Assembly: GCA_025594325.1 (NCBI GenBank)
Contig: JANHCV010000001.1
Span: 4,836,001-4,900,000, forward strand
From: Blastocladiella emersonii ATCC 22665
Lineage: Eukaryota; Fungi; Blastocladiomycota
Length of the DNA stretch: 64,000 bases
Reading direction: 5' to 3'
Every line of letters starts with the position of its first letter. Positions within the stretch are counted from its first letter, which is position 1. This document shows positions 22,677 through 32,809 of this stretch, one piece after another. The notes beneath the pieces are model-generated. The model saw only the letters and a program-made list of their open reading frames with translations, made no database searches and had not been told where the DNA came from. Position numbers and translations under genes: made by a program.

Positions 22677-25600
22677 TCACGCGACCTCGGGCACCGGCAC
22701 CACGAACTTGAGCGCGCTAACGAGCGGGTGCGGGGTGCCCACGCGCGCCGCGTGGCACAGGAGCGTCCAGGGCGCCGCGGGCCGGCCGAGCGCGCGGACC
22801 ACGACCTCGCGGGCCTCGCGCGCGGGGACCCCGCACAGCGTGACGGCCGGGTGGCCGAGCAGCCGGACGCCCGCGAGCGCGTCGGGGCGGACCTGGACCA
22901 GAAAGTTCTGCGGCATGTCGGCGTGGTTGTGCACGGCGAGCGTGACCTCGTGCAGGTGCGGCGTCACGGGCGACCGGGTGACGCGGGCGACGGCGACGTC
23001 GATCGACTGCTCCCACAGGAGCGGGATGTGCGCCGGGTCGACGGCGAGCGCGGCCAGGTCCACGTCCCCGGCGTGCCCGTCGTCGGACGTCCACGACGCG
23101 CGCACGCGCGAGAGTATGTACTCCTTGAGCCAGAAGCACATGGTCTTCTCGCGGAAGTTGGCCGGCAGCTGGCCGTGCTTGGTCATCACGAACTGTTTCG
23201 CCTTGAGCGTCGGGATCGCCGCCACCAGGTCCGACTCGGCCGCCACGCAACGCGGCAGCGTCACGGCGCACCGCCGCGTCGAGCCCGCCTGCACCGTGAC
23301 CACGTCTTCTTCGTCACCCTCGGTCGAGTTGGAGTCGGACCCGGACGACTGCAGCCGCACGCGGATCGGGACGTGGTGCTGGTTGGCGAAATCGACGTGC
23401 ACGCGGACGCGGTCGCCCGCCTCAGCCGCGGTAGCCGTAGCGCGCGACACGGACAGCGCGGCGGCCGCGACCGACGGCGCGACCGTGACGCTGAGCGACG
23501 TGGTGAGGTGCCGCGAAAAACTGGCCCCGCCGATCCCGTACACGAGATGCACATCGACCCCCGTACACCCTCGCTTGCCGAACGCGCGGAGCGGGAGCCG
23601 GACGGCCGCGCCCGCGGGGATCGACGCGGGGACGTCGCCGTCGACGGCGAGGGCCGCGTGCGCGAGGTCGTACTTGTCGGCGCCGTGGACCGCGATCGGG
23701 TCGCTCTCGTTGACGGGCGGGAGCGTGCGGTGCTCGGCGAACTGGAGCTGCAGCGAGGTCACGGGGAGCGACCCGACGTTGTGCACCTGCAGCGCGAGGT
23801 CCGTCCACTGGCCCTCGAGCAGCACCACGCACTTGTGCACGGCGCCCAGGCTGCGCACGCGGAGCAGCGGCAAAGGGTCGATCACGTCCCACGTGAGGTC
23901 GCCGCCAGCTGCGTCTGCGGGGTCGTCGGCGGGAGCCCCCAAAAGGCTGCCGCCGTGGCTCGCGGACCGCGCGTGCGAGGCGGCGGACCGCGACGCGGAA
24001 GCGGGGTTGAGCGCCTCGGTGGCCGTCATCTTGATCTTGGGCTGCGGCGCGGGCGGGCCGCCCGTCAGCGTGCACTGCTCCTTGACGCCGAAGATGCGGA
24101 ACTCGCACCCGAGCACGCGCAGGCGGCCGGTCCCGCGCGGCGTGCCCTTGAGCGTGACAGTGACGCTGCCGAGGGCCGGGAGGGACACGTCAATGGGCTC
24201 GGGGTCGAACGACACGCCCGCCGGCGCACCCTCGCCACCCTCCTCCTCGGATGCGGTGGGCGTGCCATCCTCGGTGAGCAGCGCCATGGCCTCGAGCGTG
24301 ACCGAGAACGAGAACGGGTTGACGAGCTGGCACTTGAATGCGACGGGCTCGCCGGCGACGAGGTGCAGCGGGGCGTCCTTGGCGCCGCGCTTGGCGAACG
24401 CCGAGTACAGGAACGGGTCCTTGGCGGCATCCGCCTTGACGACGGCGCGCTTGTGCGGCATGAGTGCGGCGGACGGCGGGACGACGGCGATCTTCTTGAG
24501 GAACGCGAACTGGCGCAGCGGGCGGCCCTCGAGCGACTGCGACCCTTTCGACGACCGCTGCAGGCGCGCGACAATGTCGAGCATGCCGTCGAGCGACAGC
24601 ATGCTCTGCAGGCGCTGGAAGCACTTGACGATGAGCAGCGTCAGCGAGCTCGCGTCCTCGACCGCGTCGGCCAGCCGGATGCAGTCGTCGAGCACCGCCG
24701 TCTGCAGCGCGGGCCACCCAAGGGGCTCGACCGTCAGCAGGCCGTACAGGTGCGCGAGCTTGTCCATGAGCTGGAACTGCGTGGCCGGCGCGACGTGCGC
24801 GGCGGGCGCCTCGGCGAGCACCGTCGCGGTCCCGCGCACCGCCAGCATCAGGAACAGCGCCTGCTTGCGGACGAACCCGAGCGCGCCGAACAGCGCCGCG
24901 GCCTCGACGGCGAGCGCGAGCTGCGCGCGCGGGCTGACGCCGGTGCCCGTACCGAGGTCCATCCCCGAGGTCAGCAGCGCGGCAGTCGCAGCGCGCGGTC
25001 GGCCCGCGGCGTGCATGACGGCGGCGAGCCGGACGCTGAGCTCGGCGGCGAGCAGCGGCGCCTCGCCGCGCTCGTACATGGCGACGACCTCGGTGAACTT
25101 GCTCTCGACGTCGGCCACGCCGGCCACCTTGAGCCACTCGCGCACGGGCTGCGGCAGTGACGTCATTTTTTCGGCGGCGTCCGGCACCACGTCGCGCAGC
25201 GTCAGCATCGCCGTGTACAGGCCCTCCATGGCGGCGGCGAGCCACAGGTGGTCGAGGTTGGCTTTCGCCGCGTCCATGGCCTCGAGGTACTTGTCGATGG
25301 CCGCGGGGAGCTTTCCCGCGAGGAGCAGCAGGTCCGCGACGAGTTTCGCGGCGCGGCCCGGCGCGCGCTTCTTGAGCCGCGCTTCCTGCGTCTGCAGCAG
25401 CGCCGCGGGCTGGAACCCGGCACCTCCAGCGCCGCCGGACCCACCGCCGCCGCCGCCAACGGCCGTGACGGCGGCGGACATGGGCGACCCGGGGGTGACG
25501 AGGGCCGTGGGCGACATGGCGGCGTTGAACTCGTTGGAGAGGGCGGCGCCGGCGAACCCGAGCGCGTTGGGCGGCGGCGAGTGGATGACGGAGCGGACCT

Positions 25601-26200
25601 CGATGCTGGCGGCCATATCCTGGAACCCGGACAGCAGGGCAGTGGCGAGGTCGCACACGAGCGTGTGGGTGTAGAAGGCGAGGTCGCCGGCGGTCGGGAT
25701 CAGGGTCAGGTCCGGGATCGTGTCGGCGAGCTCGTCGTCGGGGGAAAACGCCAGGCACCGGTGGACCAGCGCGGCCTGGAACTTGGGCACGACGTGGTGC
25801 ATGAAGGCGGCGTGGCACTCGGGCACGGCGTGTAGCCCGCACTCGCCGCAGTGCATGATCCCGACTACGGCTAGCACCGACCGCGCCTTCTGGAACTCCT
25901 CGAGCGTCACGTACTCGTCGTCGTACTCGGTCACGAACGACAGCCGCAGGATGCCGTTCGGGAACGTTGGGCCCGTGAACTCGCCTACGCGAACGCGGGG
26001 TGTCAGTCTTGTGCGATGGGGATGAGTCTCGAGAGCAACGCACTCCGGTTCTCGGTGACATCGGGCGTCAGCTCGCCGAGCGCAACATGCGAGTGCTCGC
26101 GCAGGCGGGCGAGCGCGGCCTGGAACGACGCGCGCCGGATGCGCCCGACGGGGACCACCAGCACGCGCACGCTGGTCGTCGGCTCGAATAGGGGCTCCAT
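22677..26200 (-). CDS. TRS120: TRAPP II complex subunit Trs120/TRAPPC9, 2 exons
   Basis: The N-terminal SVRVLVVPVGRI..FQ..L..L is followed by an intron and then GILRLSFVTEYD..YVTLEEFQKARSVLAVVGIMHC. It also has GRAAKLVADLLLLAGK, DHLWLAAAMEG, GFVRKQA and KDPFLYSAF. Confidence 0.88.
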
Positions 26201-26390
26201 GGCGGTTGCGGCGACTAGTTCATGGGTTACGTGGTTCGTTGCTGGGAGAGGAAGCGGTCGTGGTGGCGAAGGCGGCGCGATGTCGAGCGCGTGGTGTGTG
26301 GCGTCGTTGGCCGTCGCCGCGCTCGCGATGCTCACACGTGGGCCCGTTTCTCTCGCCGCGGTGAAGGCGACGACGGCCTCGATGACAGCC

Positions 26391-27672
26391 ATGGACGCGC
26401 AACTCGATGCAACGGCGGTAGTGGGCGCTGAGACCGACGGGACCGCGGCGGTCGAGCCAGTCGCTGATTCGGCGGCGTACCCGGCGTTCCACTTCGACTA
26501 CGAGCACAAGCAGCCCGCGGCGCTCGTGGTGAGCACGGCGCGCACGATCCCGAGCCTCGCCAAGAGCGTGGCTGACGCCGACAACTTTACGCGCTGGGCT
26601 GCCTGGTACGCTCGCCCATCTTGCCCTGCTCCCTCACCGCTTCGGCTGACCGTCGCGCCCACAGAGCAGGTCTCCCGATGCCGCGACGCTCGCGACCGTG
26701 TCCAACGACCGCACCGTGCGCTTCTGGTCGTCGGCCGCGCTGCTCTCGAGCGCAACGCCCGCCCCGCCCGCCTCGACCATTGCGAGCCACTTCACGTGCG
26801 CCGAGTCGGTGTACGACCTCGCGTGGTACCCGTACGCGTCGGACCTCGCCGCCGTGTCGATGCCGCACCAGCCGATCCACCTGCTCAGCGCGGCGACGGG
26901 GCAGCCGGCAGCGACGTATGTCGCGTTTGACCACCTTGACCAAGTCGCAGGCCCGACCTCGCTCGCCTTCTGCCCGCGCACGGGCCACCTGCTCGCCGGG
27001 TTCACGGGCTGGCTGCAGCGCATTGACCCGTCGCGCTCCGGCCGCGTCGAGAACGGCGCGCGGATCGCGACCACGCCCACGCGCCGGTCGCGCCTCGGCC
27101 AGAAGGGCATCCTGTCGTCGATCGCGCACATCCCCGAGTACGCCGGGTACGCCGTCGCCTCGTACCGCCGCACGCTCGGCGTCTACGACGCGGCCACCGA
27201 TACCTGCGCGCACCTCGTCCGCGGCCTCCCGCCCGCCACGCACCTCGCGGCGCACGCGCACCTGCTCGTCAGCAGTCACCGCGAGGCCGGCGGCCTCGTC
27301 GCCGCGCACGATGTGCGGAATCTCGCGCGACCGCTGTGGACGTACGAGCGCGGCGACGGGACGAATATGCGCTCCAGTGTTACGGTGACCCCCGCGGGGG
27401 ATGTCGTTATGGCGGCCGCGGGACCCGGTGGGCGCGAGGTGCATGTCACGGACGCGGCGACGGGGGCGCGACGCGGGAAGGTTGTGGGGGTGGCGGACGA
27501 CCTCGTCGCGTGCTGCGCGGTCCGCGACGCGTGGTGGGCCACGACCGCTGGGCAGCGGCACTACCGCGACCCAACGGCGGCCGCCGAGGAGGACGCAGAG
27601 GCCGTGGAGCGCGACAATGCGCTGCGCGTGTGGCAGGTCCAGGGCGAGTACCGCGCAGTGGGTGGTGACTAG
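26391..27672 (+). CDS. WRAP53: WD40 protein WRAP53/TCAB1 (telomerase Cajal body protein) homolog, 2 exons
   Basis: DNFTRWAAW|SPD..., ESVYDLAWYP, PIHLLSAATGQPAATYVAFDHLDQVAGPTSLAF and GQKGILSSIA parallel the WRAP53 motifs. Confidence 0.75.
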
Positions 27673-27713
27673 CAGTGCGTGATATATTATTGCTTATGTA
27701 CAAAATACGTGAT

Positions 27714-29321
27714 CTAGCTCGCTTCCTCGTCGTCGGACCCGCCTTCGCTCGCCGAGTCGGCGAGGAACAACAGCCGCGCGTCGTCGCCCGTCGCGAACGC
27801 AGCCGCCGCGGCCGGACCAGCGGCGTCCGCGGACGACCTGCTGCGGTCGAGCAGGTGCGCGTGCTTGGTGCGAAAGTCGGGGGACGGCGAGCGGTGCCGG
27901 AGGTGCGAGCCGGGGTGGCCTGCTGCCGCTCCCGCCTCGTCGTCGTGGTGCGGAGACTCGGCCGCGTCGAAGAGGACCTGCGTCATGTCCTCGTCGTCGT
28001 CGTCGTCGGTGTCCTCGTCGGTGTCCTCGTCGTCGCCAATGACAAAGTGCGAAGAGAGGCTTGGACCGGTCACGGCGTCCATCTCGGTCGGCGCATAGTC
28101 GGCCGTCGCGGCGGCGCGCGCCACGGCCTGGTACTTGTAGTAGTTGAAGTAGGCGATGGCGCCGAGGCAGATGACCATCCCGACGACGTTCATGGGTGTG
28201 AGCGCGTCGCCGAGGAAAAGCACACCGATCAAGATGGTCAAGACCTCCTTGGCGGTGCCCGCGACCGAGATGGTGAGCCCGGACGTGAGCTGGATCGCGC
28301 GGTACTCGGTGACGATCATCGAGAACGCGAGCGTCCCGCCGAGCACAATGAGACCGAGCGTATGCGCCGTGGCCGACGACGAGTTGAAAAAGTCGGTGGT
28401 CCCCATGGACCCGATCGGCTCGATGGCGGCCGCCATCGGTAGCAGCGTGAGGAACATGAACGGCGCGAGGTACAGGTTGGTCATGAACGGGTTATCGAGG
28501 CGCAGCTCGGACCGCTGGAGGAGGACCTGGATCAGGATCATGCGCAGTCCCCCGAGCACCGACGCGGCCATGACCTGCGCGAACCCGACCCACTCGAACG
28601 CCGACTCGTGCGCGTGCGCGACCATCAGGCACATGCCGAGCGAGATGCTGATCATGACGACTACCAGGCGCACCGAGAGCCGCTCGAGCCCGAGGGCGAG
28701 CGCGAACACCAGGCCAAAGAACGGGACGCTGCTCTTGACCATCGTGTAAAACGAGAGCGACAGCGTCTTGAGCGACGCATTCGACAGGCCAATGTCGAGC
28801 GCCGTCGCCATGCCGCACGGGATGACGCGGATCAGGACGCGGCGGAGCGACGGGCGCGGCGAGGCCGGCGGCGTGTCGGTGCCGCCCTGGTCGTCGTCGG
28901 TCCGCACGGCAATCGCATGGTGGTGATGCCGCGACGAGCTGCTGCCGCCCTCGGGCTTGTCGGCGAGCAGCAGCGCGTCCTGGTGCTCCTTATTGCGCCG
29001 ACTACCCGACGACGACGACGACGCGACCGCCGCGACGCCGTCCTCGACGAGCGGGATGAAGGTCACCCGCACCCCGCTCCCGCTAACGCGCCGCCACGGC
29101 AGCTCGAGCTTGCCCGCGGCGACCAGGACCGCGGCCGAGAAGGCAAAGTGCAGCGTCGCGTGCAGGCACGTTGTGAGGAGCGGGAACGGGAAGTGCAGGC
29201 CATTCTTGCCGAAAAGCGTCTTGTTGTAAACACTCAGCGCGATGGACAGCGCATACCAGCCAAGCGTGTAGCCGATGGGCGCGAGGCCGAGACCCGGCAG
29301 GCCGGGTGGAGATGGATGCAT
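27714..29321 (-). CDS. Triose-phosphate/nucleotide-sugar transporter family (SLC35C2/Ymd8-like)
   Basis: It has ALSVYNKTLF..FPFPLLTTCLH, ALDIGLSNASLKTLSLSFYTMVKSS and SVAGTAKEVLTI, with multiple TM helices. Confidence 0.88.
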   Translation of the reverse strand: MHPSPPGLPGLGLAPIGYTLGWYALSIALSVYNKTLFGKNGLHFPFPLLTTCLHATLHFAFSAAVLVAAGKLELPWRRVSGSGVRVTFIPLVEDGVAAVASSSSSGSRRNKEHQDALLLADKPEGGSSSSRHHHHAIAVRTDDDQGGTDTPPASPRPSLRRVLIRVIPCGMATALDIGLSNASLKTLSLSFYTMVKSSVPFFGLVFALALGLERLSVRLVVVMISISLGMCLMVAHAHESAFEWVGFAQVMAASVLGGLRMILIQVLLQRSELRLDNPFMTNLYLAPFMFLTLLPMAAAIEPIGSMGTTDFFNSSSATAHTLGLIVLGGTLAFSMIVTEYRAIQLTSGLTISVAGTAKEVLTILIGVLFLGDALTPMNVVGMVICLGAIAYFNYYKYQAVARAAATADYAPTEMDAVTGPSLSSHFVIGDDEDTDEDTDDDDDEDMTQVLFDAAESPHHDDEAGAAAGHPGSHLRHRSPSPDFRTKHAHLLDRSRSSADAAGPAAAAAFATGDDARLLFLADSASEGGSDDEEAS

Positions 29322-29555
29322 GTGCTTCGTCGTGTGTGCAAGAGGGCGAGTTGGGGAGAGCGAGAGAGGAAGGCGGCGAGGAGCGCGAAGGCTTCGCCGC
29401 CGTGTGGCGTAGCTCTCCGACCCGCTGCCGCCGCCACTCACGCGAGCGCGGCCAACCTCGCGTCTCTCACATCACAGCTTAGATCACAGCGGTTGGAGTG
29501 TATTGACATGAGGGCATAGACACAGCGCACATAGACACAGCGCAAAGACGCGCGC

Positions 29556-31373
29556 TCACGGCGGAGTCGCCATGCTCGTCGTCGACTGCGCGAATAGCGC
29601 GTCAATGTCGTTCGAGTGGTGTACGTACACCCGGTCGAGGACGGGCCGCGGCAGCGACCGCAGCGCCTTGATCATGCGCGCGTTCTCGGCCTCCTCGTCG
29701 AGGATCGACGACGAGTCGCCGCCCGCCTCGCTGCTCGTCGCCACCGACGCGCGGTCCGCCGCGTCGAGCGCGCCGAGGCTCGCGCTCCCGGTCCCGGCAC
29801 CCGTCGGGTCCTCGGCAATCGGCTCGCACGTCATGCTGCCGCCGCCGTGGTCCCCCATCGAGTGCGACGTCGGCAGGAGCGTCGGCGGGGACTGCGCGTG
29901 CAACGTCCCCCCGCCGCCGCCCGTGTGGTGGCTGAGCCGGTCAGCCGACGACCGCGGCGATACGTTGGACGGCGACGACACGCCCGAGTGGTCAAAGTGG
30001 CGCAGGTAGATGGCCTCGTTGGACGACCGCAGCTGCTGCGTGCCGCCCGTCATGACCGACGGCGACCGCACCGCGCGCACCGACGACGATTCGGGCCCGT
30101 TCTTGTGCGTCGACGCCAGCGTGCCGTGCACGGGCGTGACGGCGGCGCTCGGCATCCCGTGCGACGAGGCCGCGTGCCCGTTAGCCGACGCGTTGTTGAG
30201 CGGCGACGGCGTGTACACGGCCGTCGTCGACGCGGACGCGCCGTGCGCACGGGGGTTCGCGCGGCCGACGTTGTTCATTGAAGCCGAGTGCGCCGAACGG
30301 CCGCCGCCCGGCTTGGGCTTGGCCGACGACGACGGGCTGCCTGAGGACGATGGGACCGTGGCGGCCGACCGTTTGCTCGACTTGCTGTTCCCCGACTTGC
30401 GCGCGCTCCGCGACACGCCAAACGACGTGAGCAGCTCGTCGATATCGACGGGCGTGGGCAGCGGGAGGTCGCGGACCACGGCGCTGGCGCTGGGCTCGAG
30501 CAGCGGCGACGCGGTGCCGTGGCCGCGCGTCCCGGCGGGCGACCCGAGATCGTTCATGGACCGGTACCGCACCGTGACCGAGGCCACGGGGATCCCGCTA
30601 TCGGACCCGATCGGCGACAGCGCCGTTTTCGGGTTGTCGGCGCCGTTGACCTTGTTCGGGGGGTCGCGCGTGAGCGTCATGCCGGGCGCCGACCACCGGC
30701 GGACGTGGTCGTGGCGCCCACCGTTTTTGGCGGACAGCGTGTTGCTGTTGCGGACCGCGGCATCGGCCTTGGTCTCCTCAACCTCGGCCAGGATCGTGTC
30801 GATATCCACGTTCTGGCGCCCGTGCCGCAGGTACGGCATCGTCGGCTCGGGCGTGTACGCGTCCTCGGGCTTGACGTACAGCGCGTACGTCGACCGCCCC
30901 GACAGCGCGTGCGACGACCCGGCCATCCCGCCCGCCGCGGCCGCCGCCCCCGCGGGCGAGTGGTGGTGGTTGGAAGCGGCGCGGCTGAGCTGCGGGCGGA
31001 TGCTGAGCCGGTGCACGAGCGTCGACACGCCGCGCGGGCGCGGAGTCTCGGAGACGGCGGGCTGCGCCTCTTGGACCGCGGCCTCGATGCCGAGCAGCTC
31101 GTCGATGTCGGACGTGAGCGGCGGGCGGTGCGACGGCGCCGGGCCCAGCGCCGCGGTACTCGAGTACCCGCCGCCCAGCTTGAACAGCGACCCGGCCTTG
31201 GTCAGCACGTTGCCGCTGGTGCTCTTCTTGAGCCGTCCGCCGCCGCCCGGGTCGCCACCGGCGGACGTGGACATGGGCCCGCGGTCGTCGTCGCGCAGCG
31301 GCTCGCGCGTGCTCGCCGCCACGCTCGACGTGTGGTGCATGTGGCTCGACATGGTCGAGCGGCTGTTCTTCAT
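29556..31373 (-). CDS. Intrinsically disordered S/H/G-rich hypothetical protein with four DID(E/T/A)(L/I)(L/F) motifs
   Basis: Single ORF from MKNSRSTMSS at 31373 with GC3-biased codons. Confidence 0.7.
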   Translation of the reverse strand: MKNSRSTMSSHMHHTSSVAASTREPLRDDDRGPMSTSAGGDPGGGGRLKKSTSGNVLTKAGSLFKLGGGYSSTAALGPAPSHRPPLTSDIDELLGIEAAVQEAQPAVSETPRPRGVSTLVHRLSIRPQLSRAASNHHHSPAGAAAAAGGMAGSSHALSGRSTYALYVKPEDAYTPEPTMPYLRHGRQNVDIDTILAEVEETKADAAVRNSNTLSAKNGGRHDHVRRWSAPGMTLTRDPPNKVNGADNPKTALSPIGSDSGIPVASVTVRYRSMNDLGSPAGTRGHGTASPLLEPSASAVVRDLPLPTPVDIDELLTSFGVSRSARKSGNSKSSKRSAATVPSSSGSPSSSAKPKPGGGRSAHSASMNNVGRANPRAHGASASTTAVYTPSPLNNASANGHAASSHGMPSAAVTPVHGTLASTHKNGPESSSVRAVRSPSVMTGGTQQLRSSNEAIYLRHFDHSGVSSPSNVSPRSSADRLSHHTGGGGGTLHAQSPPTLLPTSHSMGDHGGGSMTCEPIAEDPTGAGTGSASLGALDAADRASVATSSEAGGDSSSILDEEAENARMIKALRSLPRPVLDRVYVHHSNDIDALFAQSTTSMATPP

Positions 31374-31975
31374 GGTGGTGGTGGTGGCAGTGGTGATTCG
31401 TTCGGAAACCCCGATGGGTGAAGGTGGGGGGAGAAGCAGGGGTTCGCGGTTCGGAAACGGGGGGAAATTGTTGTAGCAGCGAACTGGGGCACAGGATGAA
31501 AGAGGGTGGGAGAGGGGCACGGGGGAAGAATATGATTGCATGACATCAATGGGCTGTCAAAGGGTGGCGAAACGCGTGCGCATGGGCGAGGAGACGCGAC
31601 GAAACAGGTGCGAGACATGCGAGACACGACACGTGATGGTCGCTGACCAACTTCAAAGTTGGCGACCGCCCTCGCGCTCGATCCGCTCTTCCCGAGCGAC
31701 GGAAGCACATGCATGCGGGCGGCCGCCCAAACGATTCGCGGCCGCCCAAACCGAATGTAACTTGTTGCAGCGGTTAGCGGAGCCACGTCAGGCTCGGCTC
31801 GGACGGCGTCCTGAATCCGACGCTTGAAGTCGTGCAAGGAGTTCGCCCCGTGCTTCGACTTCTGCCCGGCTTGCTTGTGCCCCGTCGCTCCCGGTTCGCT
31901 CGTGTCCGCTTCGCCGGCGTGTTGCCAGATCCGCGTCCGCTGCGCTGTCACCGCTCCGGTACCCACGTTCTCGGC

Positions 31976-32031
31976 CTTTCCCGTCGTGCGCGGGCTGTGA
32001 AAAAGTGCGCAGCGCGCGCACTACGGGAAAG
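31976..32031 (-). repeat. 56-nt hairpin element, copy C
   Basis: The minus strand reads CTTTCCCGT-A-GTGCGCG-C-GCTG-CGCACTTTTTCA-CAGC-C-CGCGCAC-G-ACGGGAAAG. Confidence 0.85.
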
Positions 32032-32598
32032 CTCGATTGTGTGGGTGCCGGGTCGTCGGTGCTGCAAGCGTGCGCTGGCCCGCTCATTGGGTGTTCGTTC
32101 CGAGCCTCCCGCGCTGAAGGTGAGCGCAGGTCGACTCGTAATCCTGTTGGTCGCATCCCCGTCGAAGCAGGGCGTCCGGCACGGTGGCTCGCTCTGTACT
32201 GCTGGCTGCACAAGAACTGCGCACGGGCTCCGCGCCACACGTCATCACGAAGTACCATCGCAACAAGCTCATCGTGGTGTACGGCTACACGTTCCAATGT
32301 ACATGCGCTCGTGCGGTAGACGCGCCCGCCAACGGTGCGTGCTTCACTGGCAAAAGCGACTGTATCTGTTTGGACATGTAAACTAATGTTGTTCGCGCAC
32401 CATGTCCAGATCGGTGTCCCTCACTTCGTTGTGAACTACTCACGAGGTTTCAAAGGGCTCCGAGAATACGAGGTTCTGGACAACTTCCGCCTCACCCCCA
32501 TCACCATGTCGCGCTCGCTCGCTGTCGGCGCCGTCAGGTTCTGACCAGGCGACCTCGCGCGCGTCCTCGGCGCCCGCTCCACCATCCACACGAGCAGC

Positions 32599-32654
32599 CT
32601 TTCTCCTCTTGCGCGTGCTGTGAAAAGCTACGCAGCGCGCGCAGGGGGAGAAAG
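32599..32654 (-). repeat. 56-nt hairpin element, copy D
   Basis: The minus strand reads CTTTCTCC...TGCGCG-C-GCTG-CGTAGCTTTTCA-CAGC-A-CGCGCA...GGAGAAAG. Confidence 0.85.
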
Positions 32655-32809
32655 CTCGCTCGTGCGGCTGCTGGTGCGGGCGGACGGGCGCGAGACAGTC
32701 GCGTCTCGCGTCGATCGCGCGATGTCCCGGCACGGTGTTGCGAACGAATGGTTGGTTTGTATGCGTAGTCAATAAACAAAAATGTACACGTCGTCATCGT
32801 CGTTGCCTT

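Noticed and set aside
31968-31985. TCTCGGCCTTT resembling the U2 snRNA 5' end
   Set aside because: There is no following GGCTAAGATCAAGTGTAGTA branch-pairing region. It is simply the flank of hairpin copy C.
20328-32716. Hairpin copies as a CRISPR array
   Set aside because: The copies are 0.6-11 kb apart without regular short spacers, there are no cas genes, and the context is eukaryotic.
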